64,000 nucleotides of DNA from Eledone cirrhosa (taxonomy: Eukaryota), in assembly GCA_964016885.1 (NCBI GenBank), contig OZ024763.1:3348001-3412000 (forward strand). The letters are read 5' to 3'. Shown here piece after piece: positions 1 through 15,111 of the stretch; positions within the stretch are counted from its first letter, which is position 1; the number at the start of each line of letters is the position of its first letter. Made by a program: the position numbers and the translations under genes. The notes beneath the pieces were generated by a model. That model did not search any database, had not been told where the DNA came from, and saw only the letters and a list, made by a program, of their open reading frames with translations.

Positions 1-413
1 TGTGTAACCTATGGATCTGTCGGTTGGTTTAAGGTCAGCTTTTACTGGATAAAAGTGGACGGCAGTAAAAGACAGGACCCGACATGTTACACTTAGCACC
101 ACTCCCCTCAACCCTCACCACAACAACCTCTCCCCCCAGGAGTTGTGTTCAGATTAGTTGAGGCGGAAGGAGATTAGTGACGAAACAAAAGATACCTAGA
201 TTTGATTAGAGCTTGCTTAATTAATCTGTTAATTAATAATTGTATGTAATATATATCGACAATACCACCATCATCATCAGCACCATCATCATCATCATCA
301 ACAATCGCTATCGTCGCCGCAACCACCACCACCACCACCACCACCACTAACGACAACAACAACAATAACAACACAGTTCTAGTCGTCTAGAAGCCATTTT
401 CATATTAAATAAT

Positions 414-546
<133 letters not shown>

Positions 547-571
547 TATATATATATATATACAGTATATA

Positions 572-606
<35 letters not shown>

Positions 607-739
607 GTGTATGTGTATGTGTATATATATATATATGTATACACACACACACACATATATATATATACACTATATATATATGTATATATATATATATACA
701 TACATATAAATATACATATATATATACATATATATATAC

Positions 740-790
<51 letters not shown>

Positions 791-1074
791 AACACACACA
801 TATGTATATATACATAAATATATATATGTATATATATATATATGTATGTATATATAAATATATATATATGTATATGTATATATGTATATATATATATGTG
901 TGTGTGTGTATATATATATGTATATTTGTGTGTATATTTATATATATATATATGTATATTTATATATATGTATATATATGAAGTGGTTATACTATATTAT
1001 ATTATATATATTATATTATATCATATTATATATATTATATATTATATATATATTATATATATTATATTATATAT

Positions 1075-1262
1075 GGGCGGTGGATTGGCAGTATCGGTAG
1101 AGGGTCGGACGCCATGCTTTGACGCATAGAGTTACGGTCCTTGCCATTCTGAGTTCAAATCCCGCCGAGGTTAACTTTGCCTTTCATCCTTATGGGGTCG
1201 ATAAAATAAAGTACCAGTAATGCACTGGGCAATTACTGGCCTTGCGCCTAAAGTAGAAACTA
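1075..1262 (+). mobile_element. tRNA-derived SINE, full-length (octopus-type)
   Basis: A box TGGCAGTATCGG, B box GAGTTCAAATCC, core ttgcctttcatcct..ggggtcgataaaataaagtaccagt, (ATT) tail. Other copies: 1443-1564(-), 1600-1727(-), 3636-3773(+), 5039-5210(-), 28690-28783(-), 40342-40428(+), 48146-48285(+), 50413-50502(-). Confidence 0.85.
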
Positions 1263-2107
1263 TTATATTATATACAATTTTGGATGAGGGTAAAGTCGAT
1301 TAAATCGAAGCCAGTACATTACTGGTACTTTATTTTATCGACCCTGTAGGGATGGAAAGCAAAGTTAACCTCGTTTGATTTTTTCCCCACACCTAATTAA
1401 TGAAACAGCTCTGGCAGTCAACTATACTTGTCCCATACCTAATTAATTGTTTCTACTTTTGGCACAAGGCCAGCAATTACCTCCGTGCATTACTGGTACT
1501 TTATTTTATCGACCCCGTAAGGATGAAAGGCAAAGTTAACCTCGGCAGGATTTGAACTCAGAACAGGGGTTGTAATATAATAGAACTCAGGGCTGTAATA
1601 TAATAGTTTTTGATTTAGGCACCAGGCCAACAATTTTTGGGAAGGAAAGTCGATTAAATCGACCCCAGTACATTACTGGTACTTTATTTTATCGCCCCAG
1701 TAAGGATGAAAGGCAAAACTAACTTCCATAGATTGTTGATTGTTTTTTTAGAAATTTTATCCGACATATTGACAAGATTCTTTGTGTTTCGTTGCATATT
1801 TTCCAATAGATTAATAATGGAATTGTCTGTAGATACGGAAAGACCAAGAATCGATGGAATGTTGCACAAATTAAAGAGAAATGATATGGTTTCCGGATAT
1901 ATTAGTGAATAATTTGTGACAGTATGTCAGAATTTAATTCAGGATAAAGAAAGTAGCAGAGAAAATGTAGAATATGTATCGTAGAATATATAGAATATGT
2001 CGGAAAGGTAGGATTCGTAGGGTGTCGTCTGGTCAGTCTGGTGAGAATGGAGAATTATTTATAGTTTGATAGGGTTGTATTGTATTGTATAACTTCTGGC
2101 AATGTCA

Positions 2108-2180
<73 letters not shown>

Positions 2181-2195
2181 CACATATATATACAT

Positions 2196-2300
<105 letters not shown>

Positions 2301-2319
2301 CACACACATATATATACAT

Positions 2320-2360
<41 letters not shown>

Positions 2361-2391
2361 CATACATACACACACATACATATATACACAT

Positions 2392-2424
<33 letters not shown>

Positions 2425-2595
2425 CATACACACATGCATATATATACATACACACACATACACACATACATATATATATATATATATACATACACACACA
2501 TACATATATACACATACACACACACACACATACACACACACACATATATATATATATATACATACATACACACACATACATATATACACATACAT

Positions 2596-2626
<31 letters not shown>

Positions 2627-2765
2627 CATACACACATGCATATATATATACATACACACACATACACACATACATATATATATATATATACATACACACA
2701 CATACATATATACACATACACACACACACACATACACACACACACAAATATATATATATATACAT

Positions 2766-2821
<56 letters not shown>

Positions 2822-3420
2822 CACAGCACTCATCTATCTTGAGTGATATCGTCACATCTATAACATCTGGCAATATCGCTACACATTGTTGTTGTTGTTG
2901 TTGCTCCTGTTGTTGTTGTTGTTGCTCCTGTTGTTGTTGTTGTTGCTCCTGTTGTTGTTGTTGTTGTTGTTGTTAGTGTTGCTTCTGTTGTTGCTGTTGC
3001 TGTTGCTGTTGTTGTTGTTGTTGTTGCCGTTGCTGTTAGTGTTGCTGTTGTTGTTGCTGTTGTTTTTGCTGTTGTTGTTGTTGTTGTTATTATTGTTTCT
3101 ACTACTACTGCTGCTGCACTATATAGAATTGGTGTCACGTGATGAGCATCACAGCTGCGCCACCTGTGGCAGATCTTCCATTTTTACGACAGAAACCATA
3201 AAAACACAAAAACCCAAATCCCAAACAACTAAACCTGGAGACATTCCTTACAAATCTGTGAATATATAAAAATCCATGGAAATATTTCCATTTGAATCAC
3301 AATAAAAAGACTTAACCTTGAATCTGGTAATGTCAGCTCCAAGGGAAGACAACCAGTAAATAATTCCCCGGCTTGTAAACATCCGGGGGGATGAGGAGAA
3401 GGAGGAGGAGAGCGAGAGAG

Positions 3421-3531
<111 letters not shown>

Positions 3532-4156
3532 GAGAGAAAGATAGATAGATATATTTCTTTATTAGCCACAGGGGCACAAAAGAAGGGGACAAATACAAAG
3601 GGGGAAGTTTACATAGATAGATAGATAGATAGATTGTTATGGCCATTTATGATCTGAGTTCAAATCCCGCCGAGCTTAACTTTGCCTTTCATTCTTACGG
3701 GGTCGATAAAATAATGTACCAGTAAGATACTGGGATAATTGCTGGCCTTGTGCCAAAAGTAGAAACAATTATTAGTTTTATCGTTAAGGTTTCTTTACAT
3801 TCTGAGCTCAAATCCTGCCGACAATGGATTTTGCAGCGACACCCACTGCAAAAGCCACTTCCAAACCTCGCGGTTCAAAGAAAGAAAACAGATTCTTTTT
3901 TCTTCGCTGTTCAATGAATGCCTTATTCTCTGCAATAACAATCAGACAAAGGAAACCAATCGAGGTGAGGGTGATTTAAACATTTTTCTTCATGAAGAAA
4001 CCATGTCAGCACTTGCAAGAGGAGATATTTCACGTTACTACATGTAGAGTAATATAAATAATATATATATATATACGTAGAAGTTGAGCCGAATCGGCAC
4101 AGCTATGATTTAATTATATAGATGTATATATATTAATATACATATATATATGTATA

Positions 4157-4345
4157 TTGCACTCAGTACTCCTTTGGGAGCCCCTACATGGACACACTAG
4201 AAGAGGAAGACCAAGGTTAACGTATGTTGATGCCCTAAGGACAGACACTGGTCTGTTGGAGATGCAGGACATGGCAGCGATGATGAGGGACAGAGACCGC
4301 TGGAGAGAGCTCGTCCATGGATCTCGGGAATTTTACCCGCCTTAG
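4157..4345 (+). mobile_element. RTE LINE 3' fragment
   Basis: VLLWEPLHGHTRRGRPRLTYVDALRTDTG..MRDRDRWR, typical RTE ORF C-terminus. Confidence 0.8.
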
Positions 4346-4459
4346 ATAGATAGATATGTATATATGTATATATGTACATGTATATATATGTATATGTATG
4401 TATGTGTATATTTATATATATGTGTGTGTGTGTATATATATATATATAAATATATACAT

Positions 4460-4660
4460 AAGAAAGTGAGGTTTTTACAAAATGAAAAATAACCGAGGTG
4501 TCCTACACGAGTGAAAGTATAAAGAAAAAAAGATGAAATCGAAAATGCAACAGGAGTCTTATTTAAAAAAATATATATATATATTTATTTGGTTCCTTTA
4601 CCGGTTTCGCAGTTCTTCTGCTTTTCAAAAGTAGAGTTGAGATGGAGGGTCTGTGGTTTT
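4460..4660 (-). mobile_element. (TA)n-associated element, family N
   Basis: Sequence shared with 9101-9291 and 37874-38219; contains the U3-A8 hammerhead. Confidence 0.8.
4596..4631 (-). ncRNA. Minimal hammerhead with U3-A8 core variant (family N)
   Basis: Reverse complement: ctt-TTGAAAA-gcag-aagaa-ctgc-GAAA-ccgg-TA^-aag. The C3-G8 pair is replaced by U3-A8; palindromic ACCGGT stem III. Confidence 0.65.
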
Positions 4661-5257
4661 TCTCACATCTCGTTGGTCTTTGAATGTTACTTGTTTTATA
4701 TGGAAAAAAGTGGCTCGAAACGCCAGGTTTTTAGAGAAGTAATTTGATTGGTTGGTCAATAAGTATAATAAATTTCGCGCCAGTTCGCGTTACAAAGTTC
4801 TTCAAACAAGGGGCGCGGGGGGTCAGGTTGTTTTTTCATATATGAGTGTTTGAATTTCTTTTTACTTAAAAAAAAGGGGGCTCACGAAGGCTTTTTTTTT
4901 TATAAATGTAATTTGATTGGTTATAAATGAAACTATGGCTGTCACGTGAACCAGTTCATTAAATTTCGCGCCCGTATTTGGGAATTTATTTTGTAGCCTT
5001 TTAGAGAATTTTAAGGCTACAAAATAAATTATTTACAATAATTGTTTCTACTTTTGGCACAAGGCCAGCAATTACTCAATGCATTACTGGTACTTTATTT
5101 TATCGACCCCGTAAGGATGAAAGGCAAAGTTAACCTCGGTGGGATTTGAACTCAGAACGGCAAGGGCCGTAACTCTATGCGTCAAAGCATGGCGTCCGAC
5201 CCTCTACCGAATAATATACTTTAGCTCTGTACATAATTGCAGTGTCTTTTTCCTTGA

Positions 5258-5292
<35 letters not shown>

Positions 5293-5339
5293 ACCACCAC
5301 AACCATCACCACTCAACCACCTCCACCACCACGACCACG

Positions 5340-5405
<66 letters not shown>

Positions 5406-5660
5406 GCTACTACTACTACCATCACAATAGATGGGAACCTCGCTCTATTAATACTTTCTGACATTACTATTTATAGAATACCACTTTAGCCCCTTCCAAT
5501 ATCTTTAACTCTTACTACCTCTCTCTCTTTGTAGCTCTTATTACCCACCCCCTCTCTTACTACTCCTCTCTCTTTTTATCTCTTACTACCTCTCTCTCTG
5601 TAGCTCTTACTACCCCCTCTCTCTCTTACTACCTCTTTCTCCCTCTGTAGCTCTTACTAC

Positions 5661-5697
<37 letters not shown>

Positions 5698-7134
5698 GTT
5701 TCTCTCTTCCCGCTTTCCTCTCTCTACCTATCTATCAATCCAACTCTCTCTCTCTCTGTCACGCTCTCTCTCTCTCTCTCTCTCTCTCTGTTTCTCTCTT
5801 CCCGCTCTCCTCTCTCTACCTATCTATCAATCCAACTCTCTCTCTCTCTCTACATATCTCCCTCTATCTCTTTCTATTTCTCTCTCTCTATCTATCCACC
5901 TCTCTCTCCACTTCTCTCTATCTACCCCCCCCCCCCCACCATTTCTCTCTGTCATCCAGACATCACAATCTCTGTTTAGCAGCAATCCAAATCCAGAACT
6001 TCCACATCTAATCCAACCATCATCACACCATTCCACCTCCACCACCACCACCACCGTCGCCACCACCACTACACCACCATTCCAGCCATCTACCATCGTC
6101 CTTACCATTCCACCTCCACCACCACCACCGTCGCCACCACCACTACACCACCACTCAAACCAGCCAACCATCGTCACACCACTCCACCTCCACCACTACC
6201 ACCACCACCATTCCAGCCATCTACCATCGCCCTTACCATTCCATGGTCACAACCACTGCAACCATCGTCCTCACCACCACCACCACCACCACCACTACCA
6301 TCACCACCATCACCACCACCACCACTACCACCACCACCACCATCACCACCACCACTACCATCACCACCACCACCACCACCACCACCACCACCACTACCAC
6401 CACCACCACCACCACCACCACCACCACCACCACCACCACCACCACCGCCGCCGCCGCCACCACGTTAAAGGTCAGAACCACCACTTCACACTTTGCCACT
6501 AAATAACGAGAAAACGAACAGAAATTAATTAATTATTTACACACACATACACACACACACACACATATATATACATATACATATATATATACATATATAC
6601 ATACATATATATATATTTACATACATATATGCATATATACACATATACACACACTCTTTCATACAGACATACACTCACATACACACTATACAATACACAC
6701 ACACACATATACACAAACATGCACACACACATACATACACACATATGCACATAATCTCACTCACACACATGCATGCACGCTCTCATATACACTTACACAC
6801 ATATGCACACTCTCTTTCACACACACACACACAGTCTCTCTCCCTCTCACACACATATAGACACATATACACACACTAGTAGTGTATATATAAGCCATAA
6901 ACACACACTCCCTAACACACACATACACACTAGTGGTGTATATATAAGCCACACACACACTCTCTCTCACACATACAAACACTAGTGGTGTAGATATAAG
7001 CCACAAACTAACATTTAAAGACAAGGTATTTACATCTGTTTATTATAGAGTATCGGTGAAGTTCTATAAATATATCTTTAGTATACACACACTCACACAC
7101 AAAGACACACACACTCACACACACTCCACGTCAA

Positions 7135-7460
7135 TGTTGAGCCTTGAAACCTTAGGTAGCGCATATATATATATATAACGTTGAAAGAGATAGAAGGCTA
7201 AACAATGCAAAATGGACTGTAAGATAAGCAAAGCTTCCTTAATTCTTAAGTTGCCCACTGGCTTTAATAGTAACGGTAAAATGTTGGTTGATGTTTCAAC
7301 ATTTGTCAATGTGTTTTTTTTAATAAGGATGCGCGTGTGTTAAGGTATTCTTTAATGCGAGTGTGGAGTGCCCGAGTCGTGTTACCAATGTAGCACTCCT
7401 TACATTTGTTGCATTCAATCCGGTATACCACATGTATCTGCTGGCACATACCTGTAACCT
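7135..7460 (-). mobile_element. Penelope-like element GIY-YIG endonuclease fragment (frameshifted)
   Basis: Manual translation CQQIHVVYRIECNKCKECYIGNTTRALHTRIKEY (VVY..CxxC..YIGxTxRxLxxRxxE); another frame continues ..NLRIKEALLI.. Confidence 0.85.
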
Positions 7461-8001
7461 GTATCGTAGACTCACCCCGCAAATAAATAACAGATTAGAA
7501 CTCAGCACACAGTACTTGACATAAAAAGACACCCAAAGGCACACAAACTAAACATTTCATACAAAAAAGAAAATGATTTCTCGAAATACTATATTGGCAA
7601 TAGATGTCATTCTCGTGGAAAGCGAAATAACCATTAAAAAAACGCTTCAAAATGACTTCGAAAATAATTAAATCAAAATCAAAATTTAATCCCAAAGAGA
7701 GAAAATTGGAATGTTATCCATTGAAAGTTCTTTAAACCCTGTAAAAGGACTTTTAGGTCCCGAAATATTGAACAGATAAAAAAAACAAAAAAACCCAAAC
7801 AAAGATTACTAGGTAACTTACTTTTACTTACATTTGTCCAAAATGTTTTGGACTAATTCCTTCAAGAAATCCCGGATAAACCTCCTACTTCCGGCTGTTT
7901 CTGTAAACAATAACTCTCTACTTGAGTGGACCATGGTGTCCAAATCCTGATTCGAAAGACTTCGCCAGGTGGTGTTAAGTTAGACATGGCCTAACTATTA
8001 T

Positions 8002-8143
<142 letters not shown>

Positions 8144-8145
8144 TA

Positions 8146-8176
<31 letters not shown>

Positions 8177-8184
8177 ATAAATAA

Positions 8185-8276
<92 letters not shown>

Positions 8277-8282
<6 letters not shown>

Positions 8283-8489
8283 TATAAAAAAATTATTTAG
8301 CCTGATAATGGGGTTAAGAACCCTCGGAGAAATGAAAAAGATGAGTATGTACGTCAATACTCATCTTTTTCCATTTCTCCGAGGGTTCTTAACCCCATTA
8401 TCAGGCTAAATAATTTCTTTAGTCAAAATACGGCGATAGCTTATATTTCTAATTTCAAACTCGCTCGCTGTTTCGAAAATATTCTTACT

Positions 8490-8543
<54 letters not shown>

Positions 8544-8680
8544 AGTAAGTATGTTTTGAAACAGTGAGCAGGTTTGAAATTAGAAAATAGAATAGCTTTC
8601 ACCGTATTTTTGACTAAAGGAATTTAGCCTGATAATGGGGTTTAGAACCCTCAGATAAATGGAAAAAGATGAGTATTGAC

Positions 8681-8684
<4 letters not shown>
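8277..8684. mobile_element. Family L: two diverged ~140-bp copies in opposite orientation plus a fold-back arm, in (TA)n
   Basis: 8291-8349 and 8358-8417 form an inverted repeat; 8541-8684 is a diverged reverse complement of 8352-8492. Confidence 0.75.
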
Positions 8685-8744
<60 letters not shown>

Positions 8745-8885
8745 CAAAGCTGTCTAAACGTAATGTTATAACTCTGGGGTAATATTCTCCATTGAGTGCT
8801 TAGCTGCACACTGTAACTGCATTCGTTAGCTTGGCTGTTACCAAAAGCTTCGTTGATGCTGTACTAAAATGTATATATATATATA

Positions 8886-9083
8886 TAACGAAGGAAATGT
8901 GGTAAGGAACCAGGTGGACCATAACGCACCAAAGTACTCAATACTTAGGGTAGTAGAGTGGGTAATAGGAACGAGTAGGACCCCGACGGCTGAGCTCAAG
9001 CCGTTTAGACGGCTAATTCTGGACGTCCAGAATTAGCCGTCGAAACGGCTTGAGCTCAGCCGTCGGGATCCTACTCGTTCCTA
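8886..9083 (-). mobile_element. (TA)n-inserted short element, family M, with fold-back arm
   Basis: Body shared with 9354-9541, 13313-13399, 13951-14063, 36046-36184, 37110-37245 and 51526-51719. Arms 8966-9024 and 9025-9083 are inverted; carries GAAA-cggct..agccg-TC-gggatc (hammerhead 3' half). Confidence 0.85.
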
Positions 9084-9100
9084 TATATATATATATATAT

Positions 9101-9284
9101 ATAAAGAAAAAGAGATGAAATCGAAAATGCAACTGGAGTCTTATTTTTTTAAACCAAATAAATATATATATTTAAAAAAAAAATAAGACTCCAGTTGCAT
9201 TTTCGATTTCATCTCTTTTTCTTTATACTTTCACTCGTGTAGGACACCTCGGTTATTTTTCATTTTGTAAAAAAAAACCCTCAC

Positions 9285-9291
<7 letters not shown>
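9101..9291 (+). mobile_element. Family N 3' part with fold-back
   Basis: aaagaaaaagagatgaaatcgaaaatgcaactggagtcttatt followed by its reverse complement; (TA)n flanks. Confidence 0.8.
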
Positions 9292-9353
<62 letters not shown>

Positions 9354-9357
<4 letters not shown>

Positions 9358-9538
9358 AACCAGTAAGACCCCGACGGCTGAGCTCAAGCCGTTTCACGGC
9401 TAATTCAGAATTAGCCGTCGAAACGGCTTGAGCTCAGCCGTCGGGGTCTTACTGGTTCCTATTACCCACTCTACTACCCTAAGTATTGAGTACTTTGGTG
9501 CGTTATGGTCCACCTGGTTCCTTACCACATTTCCTTCG

Positions 9539-9541
<3 letters not shown>
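9354..9541 (+). mobile_element. Family M element with fold-back
   Basis: Inverted arm centred near 9406; flanked on both sides by (TA)n. Confidence 0.85.
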
Positions 9542-9582
<41 letters not shown>

Positions 9583-10084
9583 AAGATATATATATATATA
9601 TCGACCCTCATACAATGAAATTAATTTTTGGTCGTTCACCGTTTTTTCATCGATTTATTGAACGGAGAGGGAGTGAGAGACAGAGAGGGAGACACGGTGA
9701 GAGAGATAGAGACAGACAGACAGAGGGATAGAGAGAGACAGACAGAGGGAGAGACAGAGAGAGTGAACAATATCTGGATGTGTTAATCAGCGAGGCTGTA
9801 GTTATCTATAATCGAAGCTGAAACTCAACACTGTCCGACGCCCTCCCCCAAATCCCCCCTCCCTATAGGGTCCCCCCCCCCAGAATCCATCCCCTTTCCC
9901 AAGAGAACGCAGCTCTGACAGTCTGTGACTCCCCCCCCCCCCCCTTCTCAAAAAAGAACTCAATGACCACAGCAAGTGACATTGATTCAGTTTCCATATA
10001 AATCTTAATTTGACACTTTACAGTTATACGAGGAATTGATCCGACATATCTCCGTTCCACAACGTTTACCAGGTCACATGTCTG

Positions 10085-10175
<91 letters not shown>

Positions 10176-10242
10176 CTCTCTTTCTCTCTCTGTTGTTTTA
10201 TCCTAGGAACAATTTTCACTTTCACACAACACGTGTGGCATC

Positions 10243-10316
<74 letters not shown>

Positions 10317-10794
10317 CTTCTTCTTCTTCTTCTTCTTCTTCTTCTTCTTCTTCTTCTTTTTCTTCTTCTTCTTCTTCTTCTTCTTCTTCTTCTTCTTCTT
10401 CTTCTTCTTCTTCTTCTTCTTCTTCTTCTTCTTCTTCTTCTTCTTCTTCTTCTTGTCGTGGGTTCAATCCCCAGGCTGCGTTGTGTGTTGCGTTGTATTC
10501 TTGAGCAAAACATTTCATTCCACGTTGCTCCAGTATACTCAGCAATAGCTGGGAGTTTAGCCCTGCGATGGACTGGTGTCCTGTCCAGGGGGGAAGTCTT
10601 GTATAAAGTACCAGCCTGACTCCCTGGCTTGAAATAAACTTTAGACTACAATTTACTGTAGTGGTTTAAGCGTTTGGCCGGAATTCAAGAGATGTTGAGT
10701 TCGATTCTCTGCAGTGGCTACTGACCACTTATTCAATGGTGGTGCTTGAGCATTCTGTCAGCCTGTCGGCTGGAACATGATATGGAATGATGGG

Positions 10795-12075
10795 ATATGT
10801 GTATGTGTGTGTATGTTTGTGTGTGTATATGTATGTGTGTGTGTATATGTATGTGTGTATGTGTGTATATGCATGTATGTGTGTATGTATGTGTGTGTGT
10901 ATATGGCTACGTAAGTATATGCATGTATGCGTGTATATATGTACATGTATGTGTGTACATATGTATGTGTATATATATATATGTGTGTACATATGTATGT
11001 ATATATATATATACATACATGTATGTGTATATATGTATGTATATATATATGTGAATGTATATATATGTATGTTTATATCTGTATGTGTATATATGTATGT
11101 GTATATATGTATGTGTATATGTGTATGTGTATATATGTATGTGTATATATGTATGTGTATATATGTATGTGTATATATGTATGTGTATATATGTATGTAT
11201 ATATGTATGTGTATATATGTATGTGTATATCTGTATGTGTATATATGTATGTGTATATATGTATGTGTATATATGTATGTGTATATATGTATGTGTATAT
11301 CTGTATGTGTATATATGTATGTGTATATATGTATGTGTATATCTGTATGTGTATATCTGTATGTGTATATGTGTATGTGTATATGTGTATGTGTATATAT
11401 GTATGTGTATATATGTATGTGTATATGTGTATGTGTATATATGTATGTGTATATCTGCATGTGTATATCTGTATGTGTATATATGTATGTGTATATATGT
11501 ATGTGTATATATGTATGTGTATATCTGTATGTATATATATGTATGTGTATATATGTATGTGTATATCTGTATGTGTATATATGTATGTGTATATATGTAT
11601 GTGTATATATGTATGTGTATATCTGTATGTGTATATATGTATGTGTATATATGTATGTGTATATGTGTATGTGTATATGTGTATGTGTATATCTGTATGT
11701 GTATATATGTATATGTATATATGTGTATATGTGTATGTGTATATATGTATGTGTATATATGTATGTGTATGTGTGTATGTGTATGTGTGTATGTGTATAT
11801 ATGTATGTGTATATATGTATGTGTATATGTGTATGTGTATATATGTATGTGTATATCTGTATGTGAATGTATATATCTGTATGTGTATATATGTATGTGT
11901 ATATGTGTATATATGTATGTGTGTATGTGTATGTGTATATATATGTATGTGTATATGTGTATGTGTATATATGTATGTGTATATGTGTATGTGTATATAT
12001 GTATGTGTATATGTGTATGTGTATATATGTATGTGTATATGTGTATGTGTATATATGTATGTGTATATGTGTATA
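10795..12075. repeat. (TATGTGTATA)-type compound microsatellite
   Basis: Direct inspection; representative of dozens of (TA)n, (CA)n, (GA)n, (TAGA)n and (ACC)n tracts in the window. Confidence 0.95.
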
Positions 12076-13177
12076 CATCAACTGAGGGGAGCGATGTCAG
12101 TTTGTCATCGATGGCAACAACTTCTTCCTCTCACTTTCCCCCTCTCTCCCTCCCTCCTTTTATTGCCATCTATCTTATCTCTCCCTCTCCCCTCTTCCCC
12201 TCTCTCTCCCTAATTCCTCCTCTCCTTCCTCCTACTTCATTACAATCTATCGTCTCTCTCTTCCTTCACCCCTCCTACATTACAATCTCACTCTCTTCCT
12301 TGTCCTCTCACCCCCTCCCTTCATTACTTCCTTCTATCGTCTCTCTCCCTTCTTCCTCATCCTCATTCACTCCCCCTCCACTCTCCCCACCCCTCTCTCA
12401 CTCACACAGTCCTCCTCCTCCTCCTCCTCCTCCTCCTCCTCCTCCTCCTCCTCCTCCTCCTCCTCCTCCTCCTACTCCTACTCCAACTATCTCTCTACTG
12501 TTTATTCCAGTTTCTCTCTCAGCAACTGGTTGCCATTCTTTCCCCGTCGTCGCCATCATCTGCTTAAAAGGGAGTTGGAGGAGGAGGAGAAGAAGGAGGG
12601 GATGAAGGAGAAGGAGGAGGTGGATGAAAGGGCATCTTCCCGGTCGTCACCATCTTCATTGTCATTACTATTCTTTCGCCGTCGCCGCCATCTTCCCCAT
12701 CGTCGTCGTCTGTTTAAAAAGGGAGAAGAAGGAGAAGAAGGAGAAGGAGGATAAGCCGTCTTCGCCATCGCCCTCTTCAGTTTACAAGGGAGTAGTAGAA
12801 GTAGTAGAAATGCAAGAGATAGTAGGAGGCAAGCCGTCTTCGCCATTGCCCTCTTCAGTTTACAAGGGAGTAGTAGAAATAGTAGAAGTGCAAGAGGTAG
12901 TAGGAGGCAGGCCAAGCTGTATGTCGTCTTCTTCAGTCTGTTGGCAGACGATACCATTTCTCTGCTGGATCTAATGGTTTCTCTTCCTCGTTCTTCACGT
13001 TCTTCTTCTTCTACTTGTTGCTGTCGTTATTGTTGTTGTAGTTGTTGTTGTTATTCCTGTAGTTTATCCGCTTCACTCACTTAGGCCGTGGTTTGCCAGT
13101 TCTGCCTGTTTTAACTTTAACTTCCAAAAACTAATACACACACACACACACACACACACACCACACACACACACACG

Positions 13178-13210
<33 letters not shown>

Positions 13211-13454
13211 CTACTCTACATATATATATACATACATTGTACATACAAATATACATATATATATATATATATATAAAGATACACACACATATATATATAT
13301 ATAACAAATATTTTCCTATTTCCCACTCTACTATCCTAAGTATTGAGTACTCTGGTGCGTTATAGTCCATCTGGTTCCTTACCACAATTCCTTTGTTATA
13401 TAACATATATATATATACACACACACACATAAACACACATAGAGACACACACAC

Positions 13455-13556
<102 letters not shown>

Positions 13557-13633
13557 CATACATATCAACACATCTTAGTACTGTGCATAGCGGTGTGTTT
13601 GGAGTAGATAGATAGAGAGATAGACAGGTAAAG

Positions 13634-13694
<61 letters not shown>

Positions 13695-13819
13695 CTGTGA
13701 GGGAGTGAGTGAGTGTGTGTGTGTGCATGTGAGTGTATATATCTGTGTGTGTGTGTGTGTGTGTGTGTGAAGAATGCCAGTGAAAACCTTTTAAGGGGGC
13801 AATATAACATCACACACAT

Positions 13820-13850
<31 letters not shown>

Positions 13851-14200
13851 GAGAGAGAGATAGATCGATAGATAGATAGATATATAGATAAATAGATAGA
13901 TAGATAGATTGATAGATAGATATACACACATACACACACATATATATATAGACTGGAAGTAGCTGCTGTCGAAACGGCAAGAGCTCAGCTGTCGGTCCTC
14001 GACTCCCTCTCATATAGCCTACAGCCATACTCTACTATCCCAAGTATTGAGTACTCTGGTAAAGAATGGTATAACTAGTTTAATACTGGTTTAATGGTTA
14101 AATACTGATATATATATACATGCACACATCTATATATAAGGTGTATATATTCTATGTATAGATAAAGAGAGAGAGAAAAAGAGAGAGGGAGATATATATA

Positions 14201-14275
<75 letters not shown>

Positions 14276-14714
14276 GCTGTGTTGATTTGAGGAGTTTATT
14301 GAGAAAAACCAGGAAGAACTGAAAGGTAAACACACACATACAGACACACACAGACACATACACATACACACAGACACATACACAGAGACACACATACACA
14401 GACACATATACACACATACAGACACCTATATACAGACACACATACAGACACACACACAGACACATACATACACCTACACATACACAGACATACACAGACA
14501 CACACATAAATACACACATACAGACACACAGACACACTCAAACATAGACACATACAGACACACACACACACGCAGACACACATACAGACACACACACACA
14601 TACACAGGCACACACATACACATACATACACACATCCATACACAGACACACGCATACACAGACACATACACACATGCACATACACACATACAACTATAGA
14701 CAGAGAGAAAATAA

Positions 14715-14738
14715 AAGCAGCAGCAACAACAACAACAA

Positions 14739-14769
<31 letters not shown>

Positions 14770-15028
14770 AGCAACAACGGTAATACCAGCAGCAGCAACA
14801 ATATCAGCAGCAACAGGGTTCCGTAGAATCTTTTTACTCGGTAAACGGAGAACAACAGCAACAGCAGCAGCAGTAACAGCAGCAGCAGCAGTAGTAGCAG
14901 TAACAACAGCAGCACTGCAGCAGCAGCAGCAGTAGCGAAAGCAACAACAGCAGCAATAATACCAACTGCAACAACAGCAGCAGCAACAACAGCAGCAATA
15001 ATACCAACTGCAACAACAGCAGCAGCAA

Positions 15029-15066
<38 letters not shown>

Positions 15067-15076
15067 GCAACAACTG

Positions 15077-15111
<35 letters not shown>

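Noticed and set aside
1075-1170. tRNA gene
   Set aside because: A and B boxes are present but there is no cloverleaf; the sequence continues into SINE core and tail.
1730-2060. Possible PLE RT remnant (KLFTNIS resembles SLFTNIP)
   Set aside because: Single short motif among stops; insufficient without a TBLASTN or HMM search.
12752-12912. 78-bp duplication with CTGAAGA..GAAG on the minus strand
   Set aside because: GAAG rather than GAAA and no consistent stems; an ordinary tandem duplication.
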